From a virus (lineage: Duplodnaviria; Caudoviricetes), in IMG/VR virus record IMGVR_UViG_3300039159_000058, positions 1 through 52,482 of that record: 52,482 nucleotides of DNA. The stretch is one strand, 5' to 3'. Shown piece by piece: positions 19,814 to 31,400 of this stretch. Position numbers and translations under genes: made by a program. The stretch's first letter is position 1. Every line of letters starts with the position of its first letter. Under the pieces are notes generated by a model. The model saw nothing but the letters and a program-made list of their open reading frames with translations. It was not told where the DNA came from and made no database searches.

Positions 19814-20132
19814 GGGGGCCGATGGAACGGAGTGTTCAGTTAGTACAGCTCCAAGACAAAAGTTTATGGATGTAGGCGTTGTTGGTGGTACCAGTTCGGG
19901 GCAAGGGTCAGAGAATTCTTACGGTTACTTTGGGGGCTCAGGGTTAATACCACCGCAGAATCAGTACAGCCGTGCAACGGGTGGTGTCTACGCACGAATT
20001 GTTATTAATTTAGATCCAGAAAAACCAAGTATTGATTGCAATCGACTATACAACCTTGAGATCGAGCGCCTTAAAGCCGAGTTAGAACAAGTCAAGCTAA
20101 TAGGGGTCGGACGCGCTGTGGGGGGTAAATGA
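19680..20132 (+). CDS. Exported protein with two Cys and C-terminal coiled coil
   Basis: GTG start with GGGGA SD, clear signal peptide, GVYARIVINL and IDCNRLYNLEIERLKAEL. Confidence 0.75.
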   Translation: MKNLLLLAFALALGLVSPQAQSQTAIGSINLPSQPQFPQGQDRIKGADGTECSVSTAPRQKFMDVGVVGGTSSGQGSENSYGYFGGSGLIPPQNQYSRATGGVYARIVINLDPEKPSIDCNRLYNLEIERLKAELEQVKLIGVGRAVGGK

Positions 20133-20196
20133 TGTGGGTTTTATTTGTTATTACACTAGTTTTTTGATTTTTACTATGGGATATACGCACATAATG

Positions 20197-20241
20197 TGTT
20201 AGATACTAGTAGAATATATACTAGCTAACAGTTAGTATGTA
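20197..20241. promoter_or_regulatory. Cluster of operator-like motifs before the second tail operon
   Basis: TGTTAGATACTA 20197-20208, inverted TACTAGCTAACA 20219-20230, AGTTAGTATGTA 20230-20241. Confidence 0.6.
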
Positions 20242-20252
20242 AAGAGAAAAAT

Positions 20253-20525
20253 ATGATACCACTTGTAGATCTTATAGCCCTTACAGATATCGAGTTAGTG
20301 GGCGGCAATTTAATTATAGGTGTCGGTGAGAATCGTCGCTTTGTTGGCGCAGCACAAAATGGTTCATACACTTTAAACGACGAAGGTCGAGAGATCGCAC
20401 AAAGTCTTACAAGTGATGATTCAAAGGTATCAAACGAGAAACCTAAGCCCCCAAAGCGCAAAGCTGTAGCGCTAGATCCCGTAGAAGGTCTGATAAGCGA
20501 GCTTAACGCTTTAGGCATTGAGTAG
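20253..20525 (+). CDS. Hypothetical protein
   Basis: 90-aa ORF leading the tail tube operon. Confidence 0.65.
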   Translation: MIPLVDLIALTDIELVGGNLIIGVGENRRFVGAAQNGSYTLNDEGREIAQSLTSDDSKVSNEKPKPPKRKAVALDPVEGLISELNALGIE

Positions 20526-20534
20526 AGGAATTGA

Positions 20535-22205
20535 GTGCCATATCTAAGGATTGAGGGTTTCTCTGGCATCATCCCTAAAGTAACCCCCGGGTTGCTACCG
20601 GATAATGCTGCGCAAATTGCGCGTAACGTAAGGCTAGAGTCAAGGGCTATCGTGCCTTGGAACGACGACCAGCTAGAGTTTGACCCAGAGCTCACTGGTG
20701 ATATCCGAACAATTTACCGCTATGAAGGCCCTTCTTCTGAAAAGCCCGTATGGTTTGTTAGTAACACTGACATAGATTTTGTTTTAGGCCCCATAGCTGA
20801 CGTAAACGAGTACCGCTTGTATTTCGCTGGGGAGGCAATTACCCCCCGTAAAACGAACTGGAAAATGGCCACAAGTGCTGGCAAACCCCCGTACCCTAAT
20901 GAGTACTACGAGATGGGTACACCGGGGCCCATAACGGCTCCTGTCCTCACAGCCAGCGGTGGGGGCAAAGCCCCAACAGAAGTCCGGGCTTACGTGTATA
21001 CGTTTGTGACTGAGTTCGCACTTGTGCTTGAGGAATCAGCGCCTAGTAACGCAGCACTTGTTACGTGCAACACGGCTGATGATGTGGTTACGGTGTCTGG
21101 GTTTGATAAGCCACCAATTGGGCGCTACAACTATAAATTCTTACGTATATACCGTTCGGTAACGGGCAACTCAGCCGTCAACTACCAGTTAGTTGCGCAA
21201 CTCCCCATTCAGACCACAGAGTACAAAGACTCGTTAGCGGTGCAAGAGCTAGGAATAGTCCTGGCGTCCTCATACTTCACACCACCACCTGCGGGTCTTA
21301 AAGGCTTAGTCGTTATGCCTGGGGGCTTTTTGGCAGGGTTTGTAGGGAATCAAGTTTGGTTCTCAGAGCCATATATCCCGCATGCGTGGCCAAGCATTTA
21401 TATGCAGACTACAGACTTTCCGATCGTGGGATTAGCGGTGCTGGGTAACTCGTTAATAGTTTTAACGGATCGATATCCATATACGTTCACAGGTAGCGTG
21501 CCCACCGGTATTACATCCGATAAGCTTGGCCTCTTAGAGCCCTGTGTATCTAAACTGTCGATCACCTCAGATCAATACGGCATTATCTATGCCAGCCCTA
21601 ACGGCCTAGTGTCACTGAGCATTGGCGCGCAGAGTCTTATCACTCAAAGCCTTATTCGACGTGATCAGTGGCAAGACTACGCTCCTGAGACGATGTTTGG
21701 CGAGATATACAGCAACATGTATGTGGGTTTTTATAAAGGATTACTCGGCGTAAACCGCACTTTAATCTTATACCGTAACGATAACCCCCCATTGAGCAAT
21801 TATGATTTTCCCGGCGTAGCGTCATTTGTCGAGCCCAAAACAGGCGATCTGTTTGGCGTAGACGCCAGAGACAACAAGATTTATCAGCTTGACATAATTG
21901 GCACTAAACCTACTCGAGAGTATCAGTGGAAGTCTAAGCTTTTTATCATGCCCTTGCCTACGTCATTTGCGTGGATTCAAGTGCTTGCGGACTTCACCAA
22001 ATTTTCACCCGAGGAACGCCCTTTAACCGTTAGGCTTTATGCGGACCGTGAGTTCTTTTATGAGTTCAAGCCTAACACCACAGACCCCTTGCGACTCCCC
22101 GCGATTAAACGTGGATATAGTTGGGAGGTCGAGTTAATAGGTTTGCTACCGGTGCTGCGTGTCTTGTTAGCGACTACAACTGCAGAACTTAAGGAAACGA
22201 CATGA
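20535..22205 (+). CDS. Tail tubular/nozzle (stabilisation) protein
   Basis: 556 aa; FSGIIP..LPDNAAQIARN start, FSEPY.PHAWP, beta-propeller-like body, WKSK motif. Confidence 0.8.
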   Translation: MPYLRIEGFSGIIPKVTPGLLPDNAAQIARNVRLESRAIVPWNDDQLEFDPELTGDIRTIYRYEGPSSEKPVWFVSNTDIDFVLGPIADVNEYRLYFAGEAITPRKTNWKMATSAGKPPYPNEYYEMGTPGPITAPVLTASGGGKAPTEVRAYVYTFVTEFALVLEESAPSNAALVTCNTADDVVTVSGFDKPPIGRYNYKFLRIYRSVTGNSAVNYQLVAQLPIQTTEYKDSLAVQELGIVLASSYFTPPPAGLKGLVVMPGGFLAGFVGNQVWFSEPYIPHAWPSIYMQTTDFPIVGLAVLGNSLIVLTDRYPYTFTGSVPTGITSDKLGLLEPCVSKLSITSDQYGIIYASPNGLVSLSIGAQSLITQSLIRRDQWQDYAPETMFGEIYSNMYVGFYKGLLGVNRTLILYRNDNPPLSNYDFPGVASFVEPKTGDLFGVDARDNKIYQLDIIGTKPTREYQWKSKLFIMPLPTSFAWIQVLADFTKFSPEERPLTVRLYADREFFYEFKPNTTDPLRLPAIKRGYSWEVELIGLLPVLRVLLATTTAELKETT

Positions 22206-22453
22206 TACCTATGGGGTCAAAACTCGGCATACCGTCTCCTCTAGGGGTTCAAGATCCTGTTGCGCTTAGAGCCCTTATAGCCATCAAAGAGGCTGTCGAA
22301 AGATTAAGTGCTCAAGTGGACTCTTTAAATTACACGCTAGAAAAATCAGGGCAAGAAGTGGTCCCAATTTTACCCCGTGCAAATGCGCTACCTAATAACG
22401 TAGGACAAGCACCTCGGTTTAGTTCGGACAAAGACGTGTGTGGTAATGACTAA
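22202..22453 (+). CDS. Small virion-associated hypothetical protein
   Basis: Coupled ORF with short coiled coil. Confidence 0.6.
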   Translation: MIPMGSKLGIPSPLGVQDPVALRALIAIKEAVERLSAQVDSLNYTLEKSGQEVVPILPRANALPNNVGQAPRFSSDKDVCGND

Positions 22454-22886
22454 ACGAGTTGTTTACGGCGAAGATTCTCGTGTGTGCAAGTGGGTGCAAG
22501 AGCTAGTGGATGAGGATGATTTTGGGGATGGTGCAGTAGGTATTGGGCTTGAAAAAGATGGTGAGTTAGTAGCTGGAGTCGTGTTTAACAACTACAACAA
22601 AGCCAGTATTCATATGCACGTAGGTGCCAAGAAAGGCACAAACTGGCTAACAAGAGAGTACTTAACCCGATGTTTTGCGTATCCGTTTATACAGTTAAAG
22701 GTTAATCGAGTCACAGGGTTAGTACGTATAGATAACTTAGCGGCTCAAAAGTTTGACGAACACCTAGGATTTAAGCGAGAAGGGCTCGTTAGGCAGGGTT
22801 GTACGGACGGTACGGACATGATTTTATACGGACTACTTAAAGACGAATGTAGGTATTTACCAAAGGTACTAACAAATGAGACTTGA
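22446..22886 (+). CDS. GNAT-family acetyltransferase (virion assembly associated)
   Basis: N..AQKF.EHLGFKREG GNAT motif; usual position before ejection proteins. Confidence 0.85.
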   Translation: MTKRVVYGEDSRVCKWVQELVDEDDFGDGAVGIGLEKDGELVAGVVFNNYNKASIHMHVGAKKGTNWLTREYLTRCFAYPFIQLKVNRVTGLVRIDNLAAQKFDEHLGFKREGLVRQGCTDGTDMILYGLLKDECRYLPKVLTNET

Positions 22887-23847
22887 CGCACATTTTGACA
22901 TGTTACCCGAGCGCGCTTTTATACGTGGCTTTGACGGTCGTATTCAGCCACAAGGTGGAGGTAAGGGCGGGGGTGGTAGTGCACCTGCACCTGATCCGTC
23001 TATTGGTGCTGCGCAGTTACGGCTCACGGAACTAGCAGAAGCTCAGTACAAAGATTTTAAAGAAGAGGTGTGGCCAGAGATGCTTAAGCAATCGGCGCAT
23101 CAACAAGAACAGGCCGATGAATGGCAAAAACAACAAATGGACTTGGCCGATAAGAACTCAGGTATCGCCGATGAGTACTACGCGCGGATGAAAGAAAAGT
23201 TTTACCCCATACAAGACAAGATGGTCCAAGAAGCTACGGACTATAACACCGAGGGTAACTTTCAGATGATGGCTAATCGTGCGCTTGGCGACACTAACGC
23301 ACAAAACGAACTCGCACGTAAAAATCAATCAATGCAGATGGCTCAGTTTGGCATAGACCCGACTTCTGGGGCTTACACCGGAGCTAATCAAGCGATTAAT
23401 ACTATGGGCGCAGCTAACTCAGCTGCTGCTTCTAATCGCGCCTACACAGCCGCTAGAGAACTTGGCTGGAACCTTGGGATGATTACCTCTGGTTTAGGTG
23501 CAGGGTTGCCTGGACAACAAGTGGCCTCCTCTGGTGTTGCGATGAACGCGGGTAATGGCGGTATGGCCACAGGGCAGATGGCGATGGGTAACTACGGCGC
23601 ACTGGGTAGCTCTATGAACCAAGCCTACGGTGGGGCGATGCAAGGCTACGGGCAGTCTGGAAGTTTAGGCGCTCAAAGCTACAACACTCAAGTCAACGCG
23701 TGGAACGCGCAACAAGCGTCAAACGCTCAGTCATCCTCAGGTTGGGGGAGTGCCATCGGTGGTTTGGTTGGCGCGGGTATGAGCGGTGGTGCTTTGGGGT
23801 TTGGTGGATCGGCGATTGGTATGGGTATGAAAAAAGCATTCGGCTAG
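22876..23847 (+). CDS. DNA ejection/internal virion protein (P22 gp7-like)
   Basis: Leader followed by GGGKGGG, Q/A/G/N-rich body, hydrophobic Gly-rich C-terminus. Confidence 0.7.
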   Translation: MRLDAHFDMLPERAFIRGFDGRIQPQGGGKGGGGSAPAPDPSIGAAQLRLTELAEAQYKDFKEEVWPEMLKQSAHQQEQADEWQKQQMDLADKNSGIADEYYARMKEKFYPIQDKMVQEATDYNTEGNFQMMANRALGDTNAQNELARKNQSMQMAQFGIDPTSGAYTGANQAINTMGAANSAAASNRAYTAARELGWNLGMITSGLGAGLPGQQVASSGVAMNAGNGGMATGQMAMGNYGALGSSMNQAYGGAMQGYGQSGSLGAQSYNTQVNAWNAQQASNAQSSSGWGSAIGGLVGAGMSGGALGFGGSAIGMGMKKAFG

Positions 23848-23870
23848 AAGTAATTTAAAGGGAAAACGTA

Positions 23871-25385
23871 ATGGCTATCGATCTAGGAGTTGCATTTGGC
23901 TCAGCGATTAAAAGTGGTGTTGGTACCTATACAGCGTTACAGGACCAAGCGCAGAAAGATCTGCAGACCAAGCGCTTGCAGCAACAGATGACAGAAGAGG
24001 ACGGGTATAGACTCGCTCAAAAAGAAATCTCTGCCGAGCGTTTAACCGGCGGCACAGCCGTGGGCGACGTGGTGCAAGAGTCCACGCCTTTTTACGATAC
24101 ACAGCAAAAAGAGCAGTTAACGACTGCGCTAAAAGGCATGACCCCAGAGCAGCAACAAGCCGCACTTAGGTCATTTGCACCCGTGGAACAAAACGATAAG
24201 TTAGCCAAAATCGGTGTGTACGAAGCACCTGATGGAAGGTTACTTGCATCTAATGAACGCACTAGTAAGTCTGCGATGGACAAGCAGCGCGAGCTCATAG
24301 AGCGTATGCAGTCCGAGGGCAACATGTACGGGCAAGAAAAAGCCCTGCAGATGAAAAGTATTGTGCGTCAAAGTGACTTAGACGATCGTTTTGATAAATT
24401 TTTTAATTCAACTCAAGACACTCAGAAGACGCTACAAAAAGCCATCACAGACAATGGCCTCTCAGGGGTTCCAAACGCTGTGAATACGGACTTAAAAAAG
24501 TACGGCATGTCGGCCAAGTTCGTATCAGGTAAGGGCGCGGGGTATATAGATGTAATACAGGGCGGAAAGAGTGTAGGCCGTTACACAGACGGGGATAGTA
24601 TCGTCAAAGCGGTCACTCAGGCAAAGTTCAGCGTATTTAACGAAGAGCTTGTGGGCCTTATGGGTTCAGCGGACAAAGCCGCTTCTTTTATGACACAGCA
24701 GTACGGGCTAAAGCAAAGAGACCGTCAAATCGCTATACAAGAACGTGCGGTTGCGGCGAAAGAAAAAGCTGCGGGTACTACTAAGCTTGGCACTCCAATT
24801 CCTTTGTTTAACCCAGAGACCAATCAGACGGGGCTTATGTATCCGGGCAAGCCTGGGGCAGTGTTCACGCTAGATGGTAAACAAATTCCGGACCCCAAAG
24901 GATTTCTCTCAAACGCCATAGCTACTTCACAAATAAACGCGAGCAATAAAGCTGAGACGAAAGACAGATTATTTATAGGCCCTAACGGCGAGAACGCCAC
25001 TATGAATCAGGAAACCAAGCAACTTGAACGGCCAGACGGAACGATAGTTGAAAACGCGCAGATGTATAAGAGTGTTGGTAGCGCACCGAGTAAATCTAAA
25101 GAAGCTTATATACAGCAAACAGCAGCTGAGCTATTAAAATCTGCCGCGGAAACAGACCCAAAAGTGGCAGCAACTAAGGCTGAACAATTGTGGAATTTAG
25201 CCAACCCAACGCAAGCAACAAAGGGTAGTGCACAGGCCAAGGGGAATAGTAGTCCACTTCCGGATTCATTCGGGGCTCAGTTAGACCAATGGTTCGCGGG
25301 GATACGAGATATAAAAAACAAATCCGCAAAGCAAACAAGCGCTATCCCAAGACCTTTTAATGAAAATTCTGTCGTAGGTCCATAA
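23871..25385 (+). CDS. Internal virion/ejection protein
   Basis: 504 aa helical, between the pilot protein and the giant protein. Confidence 0.65.
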   Translation: MAIDLGVAFGSAIKSGVGTYTALQDQAQKDLQTKRLQQQMTEEDGYRLAQKEISAERLTGGTAVGDVVQESTPFYDTQQKEQLTTALKGMTPEQQQAALRSFAPVEQNDKLAKIGVYEAPDGRLLASNERTSKSAMDKQRELIERMQSEGNMYGQEKALQMKSIVRQSDLDDRFDKFFNSTQDTQKTLQKAITDNGLSGVPNAVNTDLKKYGMSAKFVSGKGAGYIDVIQGGKSVGRYTDGDSIVKAVTQAKFSVFNEELVGLMGSADKAASFMTQQYGLKQRDRQIAIQERAVAAKEKAAGTTKLGTPIPLFNPETNQTGLMYPGKPGAVFTLDGKQIPDPKGFLSNAIATSQINASNKAETKDRLFIGPNGENATMNQETKQLERPDGTIVENAQMYKSVGSAPSKSKEAYIQQTAAELLKSAAETDPKVAATKAEQLWNLANPTQATKGSAQAKGNSSPLPDSFGAQLDQWFAGIRDIKNKSAKQTSAIPRPFNENSVVGP

Positions 25386-25406
25386 ACATTTAGTAGGAAA
25401 AGTTGC

Positions 25407-28400
25407 ATGAGCTCATTAGCAAATTTACGAGAGTCTTACCCAGAGCAGACTAAAGATCTAACAGATTCCGATATAGTTTTTGGGTCTGCGAAAATGTTTG
25501 GCGTATCCCCCAAAGAGGTTGCTACGTCACTCGGATTAGATCCAAATGACAGAACTTGGGGCGAAGCAATCGTAGACACAGGGGTGCGAGCACTTAATGC
25601 CGTAGTGGGATCTGCTGGGGCTATTGCCTCGGCTTTTGATCCAAAGGGTAGTGAGGATATAAAAACACTTCAAGGCTACGGCGAAGAGGCTATGTCGCTT
25701 AAGTCTCGCATCGCCAGTGATGAGTTTAATACGGCGCTATCAACTAGTAATCTTGGAACACAAGCTAAAGGTGTTTGGGAATATATAAAGCAAGACCCCG
25801 TGGGTACCGCAGCTGAAGCCATTGGTAATTTTGTTATCCCCGGTGCAGCCATTAAAGGCGTTAAAGCTCTATCTATGGGGGCAAAACTATCTACAAAAGC
25901 CGCAGGAAACGTGGCTCTTGGTGCGGGCGCTGTTGTGGGCGGTGTGATGTCTGGTGGCGACGCTGCGGGGGATGCTTACGAGCGAGTCTTTAAGGCCACA
26001 AATGATGCAGATAAAGCTAATAGTGCAGCCAGATCGGCGCAAGTAATTCCTACTTTTGTCGGAGCAGGTGCGTCCCTTATAGGGCTAGAGAAATATCTGG
26101 CTAAAGGCGTTGGCCGCGCAAAAATAATAGGGACGGGTCTAAAAGAAGGCGTGAGTGAGCTTGTCGATGAGGGCACAAGTAAGTTAGAAGCAAATAGAGC
26201 TGTTGCACCGTATGTGGCGGGCACGGATATTATGGCGGGTGTGTTCGGCTCAGGACTCTACGGCATGGCGCAAGGCGGTGTGGTAGGTTCTACGGGGGCT
26301 GTGGTTAACAATATCAGTGTTGCGAGGGATGAGCGCAATAACGGCATTACGGTCGTAGGATATGTAGATAAAGCTGATAAGGCCGCAGCGCAAGCTATAA
26401 ATGGTACGAGCAATACCGATACGGGACAAACAGGCGGTCAATATACTCCCCCCACATTAGAGCAACAAGCCGATGCGATTGAGGTTAAACGTTTAGAAGC
26501 CAAGCAACTTGCCGCACAAGAACAGCAAAAAGCTAATGCGCAACAAGCACCAGTAGTTGCTGCGCAGCAACAACAAGCTGCACAAGCACAGTCAGTGCAA
26601 ACAGCGCAACAGTTATTTGATCAATTCGGCATGAAACCCGTATTAAACGACGTAGACGGGCAACCCACAGGTAAATTTGTAGTGGGCGAGAAAATGTTTT
26701 TTACCGAAAACGATGCTGTCAATTTCGCTAAAGGCTTGGTTGACGCTGGTAAAGACTTAAATCCCTATCAACAAAGTATGGTGGGAGTCTTATTTGGTGG
26801 TGATACGCTTGCTGCTAAAGCCGGGGATACTGCGAAGGGGATGGTAAGTCGTGCGGTTAAGTTTATGTCCGACAATCAGCTCTCGTCTGCGAAGACTATG
26901 GAAGAGGCTGTAACCCGAATTGATCAAATTATTGAAAACACTGCGCCCAATACAGACCTATCAAGCAGTAAACCTAACGTAGACGCTAGAAGGCTTTTAT
27001 CGCTTGATAAGTTACGCACGTCTATTACCGGTGAGGCTTCTGTTCGTTTGTCGGAGATAGCGGAGCAGCAAAGGCTTGTCGTAGAAAACGAGGTCAAAGC
27101 GAAAGAGGACGCAAAACAAGCGGCTCAAGCGGCAAAAGATAAGAAGGCTGCTGATGCTGCGGCAAAGAAAGCGGGCAAAGGGGCTGCGAAAACATCGACA
27201 GATGTAAAAAGCCAAACAAACACAGCAAGTGCAACAAACACAACAAGTGCAACAGACGCGGCAAGTGCATCTAGCCCAGTGACTAATGTATCTGTTGGAC
27301 AATATTTAGCCGAACAGGCAAATAACGGGGGCGTATCCCCAACAACTGGAGATTCAAATGGACAGCAACAACAGCAAAGTGCTACCGGGGTGGGAACAGT
27401 TCCAGTCCAAAGCGGAGCAAATCAAGACAGCACAAACACAGATGGGGATGTACGACCTACGAGCAATGAACCCATCGGGGCAGGAAGTGTCGGACTTGGA
27501 CCGAATGGCCAGCAAAATGACTCCCGAGGAACAAACGGAGATGAACAACGAACCGTACAACCCGCCAATACCAATGAGCGCAGTACTACTGGGCAAAACA
27601 TTGCGCAGGAAGTAATATCACCCAATAGCCCTAATTTAACGGGACAAGGAGACGTAGTTGGCTCAAGAACCGAAAGCAACACCACAAGTAACGTCCCTAC
27701 GGACACCGGAGGAAAGAGCTCTGTTTCGCCAGAAGTTGGCAGCTCAAATACTGGAGTTGTGGAAGGAAAAAGACCCCGAGGGCGTGCGCCGCGTGGACCG
27801 AACGTATCGACTGTCGCAAGCGATGTTACCGCTGCTACTGAAAATGACGGAAGAAGAAAAGGCCGCCAAGAAACTCCCGCCGAACGAGCTGCCATAGATG
27901 GAGCTGTTGCGCAGAGTCGTGAGTTAAACGGTGCGTTAGAGCGAGTATTTAACAAAGTATTTGTGACCTTTGGCGGTAACTCTGGGATTAAAAACGCTAG
28001 TAAAAAAGTTGATTTCTTTGCGCAGTTTTATCTAAATCCAGATGCTCTAGCGGATACGTCGTTACCGCAAATCGCAATAGACATGGATGTTCCCCTAGGG
28101 ACTATAAAGTCTTGGAGTGCGGAGCTGGCGCAAGATCCCGTCACAGGGCGTAGTGTTTTTGATGCGAAATACGAATCACGTTTGCGTGAGGCTTACGCAG
28201 CGGTTGCTAAAGATCTTAACCTCACAATAGAAGAAATGACTGCTGTTGTTCAGGCCAATGACTCTGTAGCAAAAATGACGAATGAGCTGAGCGAAGCTTT
28301 TGAAGCGCAGCAACTCTTAGACGAGGTAACTGGTTCTGAATCAGGCGCCTTTGCGCGAGAAGCTGTGCAAGAACTCACAGATAAATCCTCTACGAAAGAA

Positions 28401-31400
28401 TCGCAAGAAGCCTTTGCGTATGACGCGCTCAAAGCAACTAATGAGAATAATGACACGGGTTTAACCCTAAGTGACAGCCCAAGTGACACGAGTGTATCGG
28501 AGCAATTCAACACCGGTGAGGGTATTAGTAACAATTACATAAAGTTATTTGAGGGCTTAGAAAACGCTAAGAAAAAGGGCGATGCCACGCAGATAGAGGC
28601 TGCGCAAAAGAAACTAGACGACTTTATGGCAAAGGTCCCTAAGCTTACAAAGGACTCTATTAAGTTTCGTAAAGTTGGGGATCAAACCAACACCAAAGAA
28701 GAATCAGATGGAGCGAGCGAAGCTACGGGTAAAACCACTGTCTCTGAACAGATTAAGGCTAAAGTCAAACAAAAAAATAACGACGCTAAGTCAGGCACTA
28801 AAGCCTTGCCTAATGGGGTTATTAAAACGTCTAAAGAGCAGTACACAGACTTGGTCAAAGACATTGCTCAAGCCCCAGCGTTTGATGCGTTAAGCAATAA
28901 ACAACAGTCCCTAGTTACGGATCTTGCGCAGCGCGGGAAGTTAAACCTTGCGGCCATTAATCGTATCGTGGGGGAGGATTCGGTCCAGCTAAGCATAGCG
29001 CCCAAGGCTAAAGAAACATACATAGCGAATGATCTACGAGCCCAAGTGGTCGCATACATCGGGGTAGATAACAAAGACAAACTTGTCGTTTTACAGAGTG
29101 CCAAGGACATTCCCGCTCGCATAGTAAAACGAGAGCCAAAAGTACTTACCGCTGGGGGGTTTGTTTTTGAGAAACGTGCGTATTTAATTGCGGACAATAT
29201 CGCCCAGGGGCGTGGTATTGCAACATTTATGCACGAAGTCGGAGGCCATATAGGCCTACAACAAATGCTGGGTGATGAGTTCCATAATTTAGTAGACGAA
29301 ATATATGAGTGGAATAAAAGTGATGCTAACTCGCTTGAAGCAAAGTTGGCTCAAGCAGCCATTAGACGTGTAGCGGCTACAGATGTCTCTGGCCTTAAGT
29401 ATGAAAACGAATTGGTTGCGTACTTTATCGAAGAAGCAGTGCTCGCTGGCGTAAAGCCCACACATACGGGTAAAGTTGAACGAGTACTTAAAAAAGTAAT
29501 CAATGCGTTTAAAAAGGCATTATCGGTTCTTGGTATGAACCCGCAGTTCCTGACTGCCAAAGATGTTGTGAATCTGGCCTACGGTGCGGCTCAGATGGAG
29601 CTTAGCAACAAATTAGAAAGCACTAAGGACTCAGACAAAGAGGTGCAATTGTCAGAAAAAGATAACTTAACCCCAGCGCAAGAGAGTCGTATCGACCGCA
29701 ACATGGAGCGAGTACCGGGAAAAGTACGGGATGTGTTCTCAGCCTACTCAAAAGCCATTGCGCGACAAAGTAATAAGTTACGTTTTACGGGTCAGTTAAT
29801 AGAACAAGCTGCAAAGAGAATACCTGCGGCTAAAAGATATCTTGACCTTACGCGGGAGCAAATCGCGATTCGCGCCAAAGCACTTTACGACGTGGAGAAG
29901 ATATCCAATAAGTTTGATGCGTTACCAAAACCCGAACAGCGCGCAGTTAATCGTCTGTTAAAGGAGTCTACTCGAACAGGCAAGTGGGCTTTTGTACCCT
30001 CGTGGGTTCGTGGGGACGACGGAAAACCATCGATTAAAGCTAACGAAAGTCTTAAAGAGCAGTTCGATCTTTTATCGGCTCCGGCGCAACAAACAGTACG
30101 TGACGTGTTCGCAAACGGTTATGTCAGTATGGACAAGATGCGCGATGGTGCTACGCAGATGATTAACAGCATGTACGCCGAGAATATCGAGACCGCTAGG
30201 CGCGCCAACGACACAGAAACAGTAGCTGACTTACAAAAAGAGATGCGCACTCAGTTAGCTGACTTTAACCGGCTCTTTACGGAAAGAGGCCGCAAGCCCT
30301 ACGCGCCACTGCGACGATTCGGAAACCACGTGGTGGTTATGCGCTCCAAAGAGATGTTAGATGCGTTAAACACAGTGGAGACTGCGCAAGACAAAAGCAC
30401 ACCAGAAGATGTCGTTAAAGAGGCTAAAAAGTTTATTCGCGACAACGAAGGTAATGCCGAGCATTACCAACTGCACTTTAGAGAGAGCGGTATTGCAGCG
30501 CAAAGTTTGGCTCGAAGTTTAAAAGATATTGCCGGATCGACAGTGCAGACGTTTACGCGAGACCAAGCAGCCAAGGAGCTCTATACATCGGCAGATATTC
30601 ATGGGCTTATGTATCGATTACGTAAAAAATCAGCCGACGTGGTTGAAGGATCTACGGACCCTAAAACTGGGCGCGAGCTTGGCAACTTGTTAACCGAGCT
30701 GCATTTAACGCTTTTGTCAGAGCAAAACGCAAGACACGCCGAACATCGGCGGGTAGAAGGTGGTGTTGAGGGCGCGGAAGATAACATGATGCGTGCGTTT
30801 CATTCTCACGGAATGTCCACAGCGTCTGTAATCGCAGGGATGCACAAAAGTAAAGACATCGTTAACGCTCTTGAGCAGTTTGAAAAAGCCGCCAATGACC
30901 GAACCAACCCTAACAGGGCTCAGGACACAGCGCTCTATAACGAGGTAGCAGCTCGTTACGCGGTCGGACTGGATACAAATGATTCTGTGATTACCGATAC
31001 GGTACTAAAGTACAACTCTGCGATGATGCTTTTGCTTAAGCCCACGTATTACTTGCAGAACTTAATGCAGCCCTGGTCAATGACGTTACCCGTGTTGGCA
31101 GGTCGTTTTGGGCTACGTGCTGCGAAAGCTCTAGGGGCTGCGCAAACAGAAATTAGTGCCGTTATGTCCGGGGAGCGGTTAACCCTAGATACTATAGAAA
31201 AACTACCCCACGATGTACGTGGCGCGGTTAAAGACTTACTTGACTCGGGTCGCTTAAGCATCTCGCTTGACCAAGATATGGGTAATAGGCTGCGAGGGGC
31301 AAACGCTGGGGACAAAGTAATTACTAAGCTCCAAGGTATTGTCGAACGTGTAGAGGGTTTTAACCGAGTTAGCACAGCTATAGCTGCCTACCGTATGGCG

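Noticed and set aside
20129-20167. Mini-ORF MMWVLFVITLVF after the pilin-like cassette, possibly phase-variable at a T6 run
   Set aside because: Only 12 codons and both frameshifted versions also stop soon; at most a remnant
28675-28893. Third nested +1 ORF in the giant gene
   Set aside because: No convincing SD, and its K/L/R-rich composition is what the shifted frame of an Ala/Glu/Lys-rich gene yields by default
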